From Massalongia carnosa (Eukaryota): DNA of 64,000 nt. The stretch lies in assembly GCA_965645245.1 (NCBI GenBank), contig OZ287076.1, positions 1,488,001 to 1,552,000 of the forward strand, written 5' to 3'. Both the position numbers and the translations under genes were made by a program. The notes beneath the pieces were generated by a model. The model saw nothing but the letters and a program-made list of their open reading frames with translations, made no database searches and was not told the DNA's origin. Below are positions 12,020 to 24,244 of this stretch, piece by piece (the first letter of the stretch is position 1; every line of letters begins with the position of its first letter).

Positions 12020-13411
12020 ATGAGTGCTCTTCATGGTGCAATACCGGGCCCGCTCTTGTGGACGTCAAATTTCAGTACCTCGGCTTCACCTCCCTTATGG
12101 CATTCAAGAAGGGACAGGTTCTCTTCTACCGGCGAGTGGCTCGGCAGTTATGACGATGTGATTGGAAATACGGAGGTTTCCTCATCGAGTCCCTCTAGAG
12201 GTGATGGGGATGCAACAAATCCACCGCGCAAGATGTCTCAACGAATTTATATTCTTGGCGCAGGTAACCTCGGAAAGTTTGTTGCACATGCTATTGCTGG
12301 CATTCCTAAGCGCCCACCGCTTACTCTGCTGTTTCGTTCACACGCTATGCTCAAGGCATGGGAAGAAAGTGATCGGTCTATTGAGGTCGTGACGGATGGT
12401 ATGGGGGAAAAACGGGGTGACTTCAAAGTGGAGGTTCTGACTTCGCCAGAAAGAGATCTATCGTCGATTCCAGTGAGTGGTTTAGCAGATGAATTTGCTA
12501 TGCCACGAAGTGCTTCGCTTAATGAAAACCATCAAATAGATTCTCTGGCCGTGCCAGGCATCATTTACCAGGTCATTTTATCTGTTAAAGCCCCTATGAC
12601 AGTACAAGCTCTATCCGGGATTGCTGACCGCCTCACCCATGACTCCACCATCTTGTTCTTGCAGAATGGTGTAGGCATGGTCGACGAGGTGAACGAGAAA
12701 CTATTCCCCAATGAAGCCACTCGCCCGAATTACATCGTTGGTGTTATAACTCATGGGGTGAATTCCACGCCAGCGAAAGCATTCTCTGTGGTTCATGCCG
12801 GTTCCGGCACCATGGCCTTGGGGATACTTCCACGACGTTCGATGCTTCAACCACGAACATTTGCAGATGCCATTACCTATGTCGCCCCCTCAGCGCGCTA
12901 TTTGTTACGCACCCTGACCAGAACTGCCGAGCTTGCAGCAGTGGGCTTTGCACCGACAGACATCTTACAGCTCCAAACTGAAAAGCTTGCTGTCAATGCT
13001 GTAATTAACCCGTTGACCGTTATGTTTGACTGCAAAAACGGAGAGCTTCTTTGCAGCTTAGATATCACACGAGTTATAAGACTCCTATTGGCCGAGATAT
13101 CACTTGTTCTGAGGTCACTTCCAGAGTTGCAAGGTGTACCGAACGTGACTATGCGCTTTTCGCCAGAGCGCCTTGAATCAATGGTCTCCACAATTTCTGA
13201 CACAACTGCTGGCAACATCAGCTCCATGCTTCAGGATGTCAGGGCGGCCAGGGTCACAGAGATAGATTATCTTAATGGGTATATCGTCCGCCGTGGTGAA
13301 GAAATGGGTATCAAGTGCGTGATGAATTATATGCTCATGCAGATGGTCAAAAGTAAAGGATGGATAGCAAGAAAAAGACTTGAAGAATACGTGCCTATGC
13401 AACGAAAGTAG
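12020..13411 (+). CDS. 2-dehydropantoate 2-reductase (PanE/ApbA family) protein
   Basis: Rossmann motif IYILGAGNLGKFVA, plus LSVKA, FLQNGVG, EKLAVNAVINPL, SSMLQD and TEIDYLNG. Single 463-aa ORF. Confidence 0.88.
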   Translation: MSALHGAIPGPLLWTSNFSTSASPPLWHSRRDRFSSTGEWLGSYDDVIGNTEVSSSSPSRGDGDATNPPRKMSQRIYILGAGNLGKFVAHAIAGIPKRPPLTLLFRSHAMLKAWEESDRSIEVVTDGMGEKRGDFKVEVLTSPERDLSSIPVSGLADEFAMPRSASLNENHQIDSLAVPGIIYQVILSVKAPMTVQALSGIADRLTHDSTILFLQNGVGMVDEVNEKLFPNEATRPNYIVGVITHGVNSTPAKAFSVVHAGSGTMALGILPRRSMLQPRTFADAITYVAPSARYLLRTLTRTAELAAVGFAPTDILQLQTEKLAVNAVINPLTVMFDCKNGELLCSLDITRVIRLLLAEISLVLRSLPELQGVPNVTMRFSPERLESMVSTISDTTAGNISSMLQDVRAARVTEIDYLNGYIVRRGEEMGIKCVMNYMLMQMVKSKGWIARKRLEEYVPMQRK

Positions 13412-14379
13412 GCTGCAAGAGTTACCACATTATTTCTCAAAGAATATCGCTATCCGCTCAACAATTAAGTCGACATACCCAATTAGGTTTTTATCCAAAT
13501 AGGCGCGCTCTTGAGTACTCCATCCTTACGCCACCCATAGTGGCAGTAGTTCAAATATGGTAGACCCAACTTGGACCACCTACGCAGCCATTTACTCCAA
13601 CAACTAGGCACGAAGCAGCGCCTTCTGACCATTGGGATCGTCATACTCATCTAACCAACGAGAAGCCTACTTTCGATGATCCTAGGGCATATGGGGGGGG
13701 AGAAGCCATCAAGGACAACTGGGTGGATGGAAAAGGAGGAACTCACGCGCGAAGTATAGGGGATGGGGTTCGTCATGTTCTAGGACCGCTCAAGGCATGC
13801 TGGGCTTTGTTCCGTTTATCTGTGGGGACTGTCTGTGTGTATATTATAACGTTTACATATACACAATGAATCAAAGGTCCTGTACAAACGAAACGACGGA
13901 CAGTAGCGCAGAGCAATATTCTCAGTTATTGAGTCTAACGATACGCCTCTTCGTCCTGCCTGAACCCCTGTAAATCCGGATATTTATTCTACTCGTTTGT
14001 TTTTCAACTCGTACATTCATATCTACATACAAAACAAATTCACCATCGCAACCCACTTCTTCTTTCTCTTCCTCTCCTACCTCACTGAGGCGGTTTAGGG
14101 GGAAGGGTTCAGATTAATAGCTTCCCATTATTGGGTAAGAACAGGTGAGTACCTGAGATAGATAATAAAGGCCTCCGAACAAACAAAAAGGAGAGAGGGA
14201 GAGAGAGAGGGAGAGAGAGAAAGAACCCAAGTCCTCACGAACAGGGACAAGGGCAAGGAGGTTGGTTTTAGAGGGAGGGAAGAAATAGAAAAGAAAAAGT
14301 AAGTAATTATGCCAGCTTCCCAAAAAACGGTCCTATAATCATCAATGTCTCCTTTCGGCTCTCATTCCCCTCTCCCACT

Positions 14380-15976
14380 TTAATTCAGCCGCTCAGACAA
14401 GGCTGCCCATCCAACTCCCGCGTTCGGATCGACGCTATTCCCATGAGCGAGCACGACCAAGTCCCTGATCTGCATCCACCGCCTCACCAGCACCGGCTTC
14501 GGGAGGAGGCCCGGAGACGTTTCCGCCGCCGTCTCCAGGAATGCCAGCGCGCGTTGCGCTTCCCGGTAGCAAGGGCCCATGATGTGGGCTACGATGTACG
14601 AGTTCGCCCGGCGGGCATTGACCACCTCGTCGGTCGTTTCGACGTTGCCGGCGACGAAGTTCTCCCATTCGAGAACAGGGAGGAGGGCGGCTCGGATGGC
14701 TACGTGGGTGCGGTGGCAGAGGCCGTCGCGGCTGAGGATGTAGTTCCTAAAGCGGGAATTTGCAATTGAAAGTTAGGCGTGAGCGAGCGTGGATGAAAGG
14801 CAGAGGTCGGTTTGTCACCCGAGATATCCAGCATCCTTTAGCCGCTTCTTGGTCGGTTCAGAGACTGAGGCGTGGAGCACTAGGTCATCTACTGGGACAG
14901 AGTCCCACTTATTTTGTTCAAGGACGAATCCATCTGGTAAGGCAGAGTCAATCTAAATTTTGGGGGAGCGAAGGATTGAGGAACTTGTTTATGGCCTACA
15001 TTCAACCAACAGGAAATCGTTACCATGGTTGCCGTATGACACAAATAACTCCTCGCCGGCCTCTGCTATCAATAAGTAGGATGGTTGATAATGAGTTCAA
15101 GTAACAGATACCATATGACTTATCACTCATAACTCTGTAACCGTTGGAATCGAAAGCCACAATGCACTAAATCTCAGCTAGTACCAGGGTTGGTGAAGAG
15201 TCCGCTTACTCCCTGATCAGAATGATTGAAATAGTCTATAAAGGGGCAAAGAACCATGCAATCTTCCCGAGCTTGGGAATATGAAGCTTCAGGAAGTTTG
15301 TAGTAGAAACTCCTGGTATTGACAAGAAGCCAGTGATATGTGTACCTTTCCAGCGTTTGGCAAGGAAAGACCTTGGAGACAATTGCCCAATCGGCCTGCA
15401 GTTTTAATGTTTGCCGATGAAGGAGTCCTAGCTTGTTACACGGTTGGCTGGAGGAACGATCGAAGCTCCAGCGGCCCCCCATCGCTGGGGGCAGCCTCCA
15501 GACCAGGTCAGGAAAACTGTCGGCTTTGCTCAAGAATCCTTTCAGGGATCTCGAGATTTGAGGCCACAGCAAGGGCATGCTGTCCTTGAGATCACGAGGA
15601 GAAGGCCAAGTCTCCCGCCAAAGCGAGTAAGGGGAGGTCTCACGGCCACCAAATGCTAAAAATGAAGCTAAGAGCCCGTGGACACCAATTCCTTCTTGCG
15701 CAAGTCGAAAGTCCTTGGGTATTGACTTGACTGACAACAGGGCAGAGGCTGGTACGTTAACTAGTTCTTCGCCTGCCTATAGACATCGACAAGCTCAATT
15801 CTCCAGCTCCACAGAAGGCAAACAAGGGATCATACATTAATGCTTCGCATTGCAATGATGCCTAATCCACGACCAGGAATTTTGGCAGGCTTAACACCAT
15901 TGATTTGAATGCCTTTCCCCTCGGCCCATTCTATAAAGTGTTCATGCTGCGGCCCTGGGGGCGATATATTTTCCAT
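14380..15976 (-). CDS. SET-domain protein lysine methyltransferase (Rkm2/Set11-like), multi-exon
   Basis: HEHFIEWAEGKGIQINGVKPAKIPGRGLGIIA, WLLVNTRSFY, LCPFIDYFNHS, GEELFVSYGNHGNDFLLVEYGF, and C-terminal LVRRWMQI. Confidence 0.85.
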
Positions 15977-16286
15977 TTCTTTGTGAGAGTACAGGTTCTA
16001 AACCCGAAATATATGCAAATTTATGACGACCTAACTAGCTTCAAAAAAGGATGAAACAACTGGAGACATGATGAGCTCACAACACCCAAGAAGAGCGTTT
16101 TTGCCAGTTCATTGTATTTTTTTAAATAGAAATTGAATATAGAGTACATACCCATGAATTGAAAAGCGTCATAGACGCGGAGAATTAACGTGAAAAAAAC
16201 TAAATATTTACAGGGATAACTGAGTTCATAAACTTTGTTGCTTATGCTTGCACAACTCTCTTTGACTTTCTACCGACGCAATTATC

Positions 16287-17187
16287 ATGACCTCGCCATT
16301 GGGAAATTCCCGGTACATATTTTACTCATCTTTAGCTAGACTCATAGCTTCGCAGCCTCTAAGAGCATTTTCGGTGCTGGCACGACCGCCGCCCAATTAT
16401 AATGGTCATGTTCCTCTGACAGTGCTGGAGCGTAGCGCATTGGCGGCTGGATCCGCTGTCATTTCCTTGTTTAACCCAAGACGAGCAGGCATGTTTGGGA
16501 AACCTTGAAAGACCTGCAGATTCTGACTACGCGGTGGCAGACCTAATCGCTACACTGGGGGAAACCACCGCAGCCCCGTATTTCATATATCGCCTCCGAG
16601 ATGTCATGCTTTCTTCGCCGACAGGGCGGCGTATTCTACGTGAACGTCCACGAATTACGTCTCAGACTCTTTCGATGGAAAAGCTTCGCTTGTTCCCGAG
16701 TGGGAGCGTAGGGCACGCTTATGCCTCATGGCTGGATCGTGAGGGTGTGGGTCCTGACACGAGGGACCGCGTGAAGTACATTGATGACGAGGAGTGCGCG
16801 TATGTAATGCAACGCTACCGGGAATGTCATGATTTCTATCATGCCATTATGGGACTACCGGTTGTCGTGGAGGGGGAAGTGGCGCTCAAAGCTTTTGAGT
16901 TTTCGAACACCCTCCTACCCATGACTGGACTTAGTATGTTTGCTGTTGCGAGTCTGAAACCGTCCGAGCGATTGAGGTTCTGGAATACATATCTCCCGTG
17001 GGCAGTGACCAATGGGTTGCAAAGTAAGGAGATAATCAACGTCTACTGGGAGGAAGAACTAGCCAGGAGTGTAGATGACCTGCGAGAAGAGCTAGGGATT
17101 GAGAGGCCCCCGGATTTGCGAGAAACCAGGAAGCTGGAAAGAAAAGCAAAGAGGTCGGCGGCACAGTCTATGCACATTCAACACTGA
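16287..17187 (+). CDS. COQ4: Ubiquinone biosynthesis protein Coq4 (one GC-AG intron, 16489-16540)
   Basis: [24 protein letters not shown], and [24 protein letters not shown] (HDxxH..E zinc motif). Confidence 0.95.
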
Positions 17188-17404
17188 GGAATTCTATGCA
17201 AATTATCCGTTTTAACTATATTGTCAGTACGGAGCCAATCATTTGTGCAATCTGTCGTCCTGTAAAGCCAAGTAGCTACCCTAAAATTTTAGTTCTACAG
17301 GCAGGCAGAGCTTGCAGCATCATTAGTAGCTCATTTAGTCATAACTTTGCGAATTCCATGAAGCCAATCCAAAGGCCTCTCAACCCCCAACGTTTTTTAA
17401 TATG

Positions 17405-18023
17405 TTACAAGTCCAATAGATCGTCGTCGTCGTCCCAATCTCCTTTTCTCCGGCTGATCACAATCTTGCCCGTTGTACCTCCTTCCCTCTCGTTGTTCTC
17501 CGCCACAGCGCCCAGTAACTCCTTCAGTTGGTCTTCTGTGACTTTAGCCCTTAGCTGGCCCGACTTCGCCAACATGATTAGCCGGTTCTCGACATCGGTA
17601 GCGCGTGATTCTTTAACGAGACGGATCCGCCCGAGTCGATCAGCAGCTTCAGGTAGCAGTATCTGCGAAAGAATAGCGCTCCGTGCTTCAGCTGTATCCG
17701 GTATGACTTTTAGCTTTGGAGTAAAAGCCGGAAGCTTTGAGCCAACGCGAGTGCTCGATGGGGGATATTCATGCCGACGTACTATCTTGTTGTCTATCCA
17801 AATAAATTAGTCGGGCCGGCTTCAGCGGCGTGTCACGACAAAACACACTTCTGTTGGTCCTGCTTGTCTCCTCCACCTGCGCTTTGAATCCCGGCTTGTT
17901 GCTGTTGTTGAAGCTGCGCTAAACGCGCTTTTCTAATCTGTTTTTTTGATGAGCCGCTTCGAAAATTCCTGGCAAGGTGAAGGTAGCAGAATATTGAACC
18001 TCTTGGAAGTCTGCGTCTGACAT
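17405..18023 (-). CDS. PDCD5/Sdd2 dsDNA-binding family protein, 4 exons including an 11-nt microexon
   Basis: MSDADFQE|IRKARLAQLQ..ARSAILSQILLPEAADRLGRIRLVKESRATDVENRLIMLAKSGQLRAKVTEDQLKELL. Confidence 0.9.
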
Positions 18024-18699
18024 CTTTGCAGCCTATAAATAGCCTATTGCGAGGTCTGTGGGTTTTTGTAAGCGTAAACGATGACGAACTAATAGACACA
18101 AACTAGCTTGTGTACAGAGTATTTGTACTCTGCACTCAAACTTGTCAACTCTTTTGCAACACAATAAGATTGAGTTGTAAGAATGCGGCACAGGCAGAGC
18201 TTGAAAGTACCGGCGGCTCGGGTGGCCTGCACATTCATTGAACCAATTTACGTCATTTATGATCTCAGGCATGTAATTGTGACAACACTTTGACATAGGT
18301 AGGTGTTTCTATCTTCCTCCGATGAATCTATCTATCTATCTATGTATACGCAAACTCGAGAATCAAACATCTAAATCGTTTAAACTCAAATTACCCCAAA
18401 ATCAACATTCACTTGGCAGATTACCTAACCACAATCATAACAGAGCGCTCCAATCGCAGATTCACGTTCTCTACCTTTGACCAGCAGGACGTGTCATGGA
18501 ATATATATCGGCACACATTGAAATATAGCTACTTTGGAGGCTGGTTAATCAAGCCTCATTGAAGCCCCCTTATCAAATGCTTCCAAAAGTAATGGATACT
18601 GAAAAGCGAAATTTCTGCTCTTTACCGTCTTATGACTGAAAACACTTTATACTCGTTCTATCATTTCGCTTACAATACATCAGCCTTGAGCATAATATA

Positions 18700-20214
18700 C
18701 AAGTCGCTCCAGAGCATACCACGTTGAGACAAGGTGTAGTCAATCTATGTCTTCGTTCGTATCGCTGCGAAGGCACCACCCCCTCGCACTAACTGTAAAT
18801 GGTCTAAACCTCCCGAAGCTTAAAATCTAACGAAAAAATAAAAAAAGGCCACCAATAACGATCACTTCGGCGTTCATATGAATAAGTTGCTCTTTGCTGA
18901 GCATTTTCATCTGAACCTCCCATGTGAAGATTGTATTCTCTGATGGGAACAGGAACTGGTAATCCTAAAGGCCATAAAGGCGTTTGATCAGGCACCAAAG
19001 TGGTGTGTGCATAAATTAATGGATAATAGGATATAATCGGTTCAACCGAGCCTTCTAGAATTCCATGTCTTTTGAAAGGATTTAAATAGTATGAACGATC
19101 AAACTCTCGAGGGTCATGGAACGTAGTCATAAGCTGAACAGTATTGTTATCCACCCAGCCTAAACAAAGCACTTCATCATCGACAATCGTACTGGTACGA
19201 AGGCCCCAATGTTTCGCTTTTGTGGCCACGTCTCTTAGGGCTAGCAGCTCCGAGGGAAATCCAGAGCCTTTCTTGGCTGTTCCACAGGCGGCAATTCCTA
19301 TTGATCGAAGAGCTTTGAATAGCTTTGTGCTGGTAAAGAAACTGTCGCAAAAAGAACGTAGTTAAGTGGTTCGGGAAGTGTTTGACAGAGCTGAATTACC
19401 ACTAAAGCACTATCAGAAAGGCCATGTTTGATTAGAAATCCTAACTTTCTGACAGTTTTTAATTGACTGATTTTGGTAATTCTGGAGGCAAATAGGAACG
19501 ATATCAAATAATTATTCTGACAAAGACTATATATTTTAAACCCTTTGCGGGCATACTTGGAAGCTATTTACAGAGTACGATATAATTAATCAATTACTCA
19601 TCAACTGAAACAATGCATCCTGGTTGATAATATTTCAACGAAGCCGTTTGAAAATCAGTAGCAAGCGGCTACAATTTCTTCCACATATCAGGTCCTTTGC
19701 CCATGTCTGAAGGCTCTGTACGTCCGTTGTTTATTTAAGAATCGTTTGATATTTTCAAATCGATTCAGAGACATAGCCTCCTGAATAGACACGAAAACAG
19801 GCTTATCAGGATATGTATTCCAATAGTCGCTCTCCGAAGGCGCATGATACAAGCCCTTAAACAAAAGAATGCCCAGAAACACCTCGATCTTAGGCCCAAT
19901 AACGTCATGCCATGCGCGATGATTATTCTCCTTCTCCTTCTTTATATAGTCGTGTGCCTCGATATTGGTATGATACGCGATGGTGCGACAGTACTGAGCT
20001 GAAATAATGTAATACGGATGGCGCTAGAGGGATACGTGATCGCCTATGGCGGTTGCGGGATTAACTAGCGTGGACCATGCCGTAGTACGAAGTCGCATAA
20101 GCCGTCGAGGCTGACACACTGCCATCTTACCCCGAAACTTCGGAGTTATTGTTATCACGTTCTTGACTACTTACAGATCAAACACCTGTCGAGGCCGTGG
20201 TGGTAGATTGCCAT
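18700..20214 (-). pseudogene. Degenerate piggyBac-family (DDE_Tnp_1_7) transposase, copy A; stops and frameshifts, ends not identified
   Basis: Fragments WHDV..FLGILL..YWNT..MSLNRFENIKRF, VSVDE*, GFKI, GTAKKGSGFP and YNLHMGGSDENAQQR..RYWWPFF are colinear with the copy at 21.7-24.4 kb. Confidence 0.85.
20008..20175. mobile_element. Solo-LTR-like insertion in piggyBac copy A
   Basis: TGTAA...TTACA termini. Transposase coding (PRQVFD|LISAQYCRTIA) resumes on both sides. No clean TSD. Confidence 0.6.
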
Positions 20215-21267
20215 TGTAACGGTTCGACCAAGCGTGGTGTACCTTTATTACTACGTTGGTAGTGATGTCGGCTGAATGAACCTACATGACCTCGTTGTCT
20301 AGACCTTGTGTCTAGAGGCAGGTCCGCAGTGTAGCGAGGTATTCATTCGGAGGTAACCTTCCATCACTAGGTAGTGGTGACGGCGAAATGAAGCTACATA
20401 GCCTGAGGCATGTAGTGAGGGATCTAGCCGGGGGTAGAATTGTTCTACCTTGCAAGGGAAGATCTAGAAGGCTGCTCGAGGCTGACTAGATGATCCAGCG
20501 AACGCCGAGTTCGTGGATGGATCCTGAGGGATGGTTGGATGTAATGCGATAAAGTCGGATGTGGATTGCAAGGCTGTAATGCTCGCAAGGCTCCCAAGGC
20601 TTGCAAGGCTCCTAAGGTTCCAAGGCTCCCAAGGCTATAGGCTTGGGGTGAGTAGGATAAATATCAGAACGAATCTTGTAGTATTCGTTAGCAATTAGTC
20701 TTTATTCTATGAACAACCTACGTTTGGGTCTCGGACGAGATCTCTTGGTCCAAGCACTTCCACATCCATTGGTTCTTTGGATCACATATTGAAACGGGGA
20801 GACCTTCTCCCAGCAGGCATTCACTACTGGAAGATGGGATCCACAGGGGCTACACAACGTGATGGTCACAATAGAGGTACAAATAGGTAGGGTCGGGTCA
20901 AAGGGTAGACTAAATGCTACCCTTTTGAAGTGCTTGATCATTGATCTATATAGGATAGGACAATCCATAACCTAAGCTCTTCTTCCATACCTTGCCCATA
21001 CTACCTGGTATTTTCGGACTCCGAAATACTTCGGACACCGAAAGACACGGGTAGATAAGACTAGGCAGGTGAGCTAGGGGAGGTGAGGCGAGGCGAGGGG
21101 ATACTTCGTGTACTACGAAAACACCTCCATAATAAGTTAAGTCCCCACACTATGCCTAACTGGGTTAGGCGGGACCTTATTGTCTTGGTGGTTGTTTTGG
21201 CTGTACGTATCCCACATAGCCACATAGGCCAGTCTCAACGAACGCATACTAGGCCTACCCTATTACA
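20215..21267. mobile_element. Degraded LTR-retroelement-derived segment
   Basis: Starts with 25 nt identical to the solo LTR at 23176 (TGTAACGGTTCGACCAAGCGTGGTG) and ends ...TATTACA. Interior is stop-rich, with a degenerate 9-bp tandem repeat (CAAGGCTCC-like, ~20568-20636). Confidence 0.5.
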
Positions 21268-21490
21268 ACACACCAAAAATATAAAATAATTATGCTAGGC
21301 TACATCGTTAAGTAATACATTTCAAAAAAGTTAAGGTGAATTTGAACACATAACTCTATTACTCTATCAAGTCTGTTTTACTGGTTTATCTGTTGTTGAT
21401 TTTCTATATTATGCTGAAGCTTTGATAGTTGTGTAGTTTTATGCGTACTGACGAGTTTTGGTGTGTCAACTTTTTTTCGCACCGAGTGGA
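21268..21490. mobile_element. Second copy of the ~230-bp MITE-like family, left end truncated
   Basis: Right end GGTGTGTCAACTTTTTTTCGCACCGAGTGG (21460-21489). Remnant left end ACACACCAAAA (21268-21278) is inverted to TTTTGGTGTGT. Confidence 0.55.
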
Positions 21491-22406
21491 CCTTTAGCCG
21501 TGTCTTAAGAGCAACCTAGTCTCGGATAAACTATTATCACTTCGATTAGTAGAGGGAGAACTGCTCTATCCCTTCGTCTGGCAATTTGGCAGCCACCTTA
21601 AATAGGCTTAGTGAGATACCGTAGGGCTGAGTCGCGAACTTCAAAAAATTCTCCCCTTTTTTTGTAAATAAGAAGGTAAACATCAGTTGAAAATCATTAA
21701 AACATCTACAATTTCTTTAGAATAATCATGAGAGGCATTGAGATAGAAGTTCCTGACCAATCAGACGCTTTGCCCCCCTCAATTCTGAAAGATCAGGCCA
21801 AAAAGAATAAACCCAGCGTACAAAGTATAATTGACTCCATGCCCCCTCCGTCATCAAATTATTGTCCAATTTCGATCCCATTTCGAAAACCACAGCCGGA
21901 CGAGACGTTGCGCTTGATAAATCAGACTCCTTTCAGTTTATTCTGCCTCTTCTTTAGCTTTGAAATGCTTGAAATCATAGCTAAAAACACCAATCTTAAA
22001 GCGAAAAAGAAGTATGCCCTAAACGACATCAAGAGACGTCAATGGCATGACATCTCTTCTTCTGAAGTAGGAACTTTTCTAGGAATTCTGTTATATATGG
22101 GGTATACACTGATGCCACGTCTTACTGACTATTGGAACACGTCTCCTAAATTTGCCATACATGACATGGTGATTCAAGCCATGAGTCTTCGAAGATGGGA
22201 GCAACTCAAGCGATTTTTGAAGATATCCAACCCCGACGAAGATGAGATCATTAATACTCGAGGCCCTGATTGGTGGAAAAAGCTGGAACCATTGGCCACA
22301 GACTTTCGAAAAGCATCAAAGAAATACTGGATTCCTGGAAGTCATGTGTCAGTTGATGAGAAATTGATTTTATTCAGGGGTAGGAGCTGCCATACTATGC
22401 AAATAG

Positions 22407-22783
22407 TGTCAAGACCTGCCATAGAGACTACGGAGAAGGATACGGAAAAGGGGCATCAGCATGGACTCGGCCGCCGAACCCGGCCCGACCCTAATGGGCT
22501 GATTCCGCTGTCGGCCACATGCCGTCTCAGGGGGACGGCTGGCGAGGGGGACGGCTGGAAACCCATGTCGGATGGCACTAACCGCCCAAAGGGGCCGGGA
22601 GCCATTTGGACCAATCAGATAGCTGGGGGCTATCCGGTAAGGGAGTCTTAGGGGGAGACACGTCTGTAGGATAAAGAGGTCGATGCCCACCTTATTCTAA
22701 GGGCATAGATCAATAACATACATTATTGAGACACCCCATTCACGTGACCAATACGCCCTCTGAGTAGAAGCATACGTCTTACA
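22407..22783. mobile_element. Solo LTR 1 (377 bp)
   Basis: TGTCAAGAC...GTCTTACA termini with a perfect 5-bp TSD AATAG. Excision restores HTMQIATKAAGVGFKI. Confidence 0.9.
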
Positions 22784-23175
22784 AATAGCCACCAAGGCGG
22801 CTGGTGTAGGCTTCAAAATCTATAGTTTATGTCAGGAAAATTCTCTTTTTGACTTCTTATTTACCTCCAAGGTGAGTAGAAAAGGCCTCAATTTGCATCG
22901 TACTAATTGCAAGACAGGTGTCCAAAATTAGTGAGTTAAAAACGCCTGGACAATTGAAATTTCCGACAACCAAATGGGATTTGTCTCCTTCCTCCCTAGT
23001 CGTCATTCAACTGGCTCGAAGTTTACTGTCTGATGAAGGCTTGAAATACGTCATCTTTCTGGACAACTTCTTTACAAATACGAAGCTATTCAAAGCTCTG
23101 AAAACCATTGGAATTGGTGCCTGTGGGACGGCTAAATCAGGATGCGGTTTTCCTATTGATCTTCTACGTCTGAGG

Positions 23176-23346
23176 TGTAACGGTTCGACCAAGCGTGGTG
23201 CGGACGGCAGGACCTACAGCGAACATAGCAGGAGTCCCAGTTATAGTAGAATAGAGCTTGGTCTGCGGACTAAGTATTGTGCCTTTTGGTCGGGAAGGAC
23301 AGGTGGCGCAATGGTAGAAATCTATTCACTATCTCGCTTCGTCACA
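23176..23346. mobile_element. Solo LTR 2 (171 bp)
   Basis: TGTAAC...GTCACA termini with TSD TGAGG/TGAAG (4/5). Excision restores LLRL(K/R)VAATK. Confidence 0.85.
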
Positions 23347-23975
23347 TGAAGGTTGCAGCCACCAAGAATAAGGACTGGGGAAAGAAGGCATTGATGACGG
23401 TACCTGCAAATAAAAGTAAAAAATCAAACATTAATGACGGGGACATTCTGTGTATGGCATGGGTGGATTTAAACACCGTGCAATTCATGACCACGGTTCA
23501 TACAATTGAAGATTTGAAGACTTCTTTCTACAAGAATTCCCGTCGACGTCATGGAATTCCTGCAAATTCCAGAGTAATCGTTGATGATGAAGAAGAAAAG
23601 CTTCTATTTCCCATGCCCATCGTGGAATATAACCAGCAAATGGGCGGGTCAGATGGGAATGCTCAGCAAAGAGCATATTATTCACCTCAAAGATCTGCTC
23701 GTCGCTACTAGTGGTCAATTTTCATCTTTCTTCTGGATGTAGCCGTTCTAAATGCCTTCAAATTGTGGAGAATTCTGTATCCGAATTCAACACTCAGCCA
23801 TTTAGACTTTCAAAAAGAAATAGTAAATGCCCTACTATCCAATGAAGCTGGTGCCCTACGGAAACGTCCGACAGATGTCATAGTTACTACTAATCAAGAC
23901 GTTAATAAAGACGTCGAGTCAACTTGCAAATGGGAGCATTTGAATAAGAAGGACTATTGTTTGGCCTGCAAAAGA

Positions 23976-24244
23976 TGTCACGGATTACAACGCTCTAACC
24001 TCAGGCAACACATGACGTAGTACTATTCACCTTATCTAACTGAAAACGGATTAAGCACTGCTTGTAGCGACATTATTAACACGCGTGGTATGAGCAGTTC
24101 AACAACGGTGATGAAAACCTGCATTAGGCTTAGCACGGGTATGAGTGTTTATTAACCGGCGATCTGTACATAGCTTTCTTTCTTCATCTTACTAGTTTTC
24201 GTACATAGTCCCTATTAGATTTCTATCTAGGTCGACGTGCTATA
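23976..24244. mobile_element. Solo LTR 3 (269 bp)
   Basis: Starts TGTCAC and ends GCTATA (expected CA seen as TA), with a perfect TSD AAAGA. Excision restores CLACKRQVPR. Confidence 0.85.

Noticed and set aside
17196..17810. 204-aa plus-strand ORF
   Set aside because: Antisense shadow of the PDCD5-family gene. The same applies to the many ORFs antisense to SEC2, PRP21, PMT1, ERF2, ASH1-like and MET3.
20568..20636. Repeat array resembling a CRISPR or repeat protein
   Set aside because: Degenerate 9-bp tandem units without spacers, inside decayed retroelement-like DNA in a eukaryote.
22407..22690. C-terminal part of ORF 21728-22651 and ORF 22409-22690 as real protein
   Set aside because: Both read through solo LTR 1; transposase homology resumes only after 22783.
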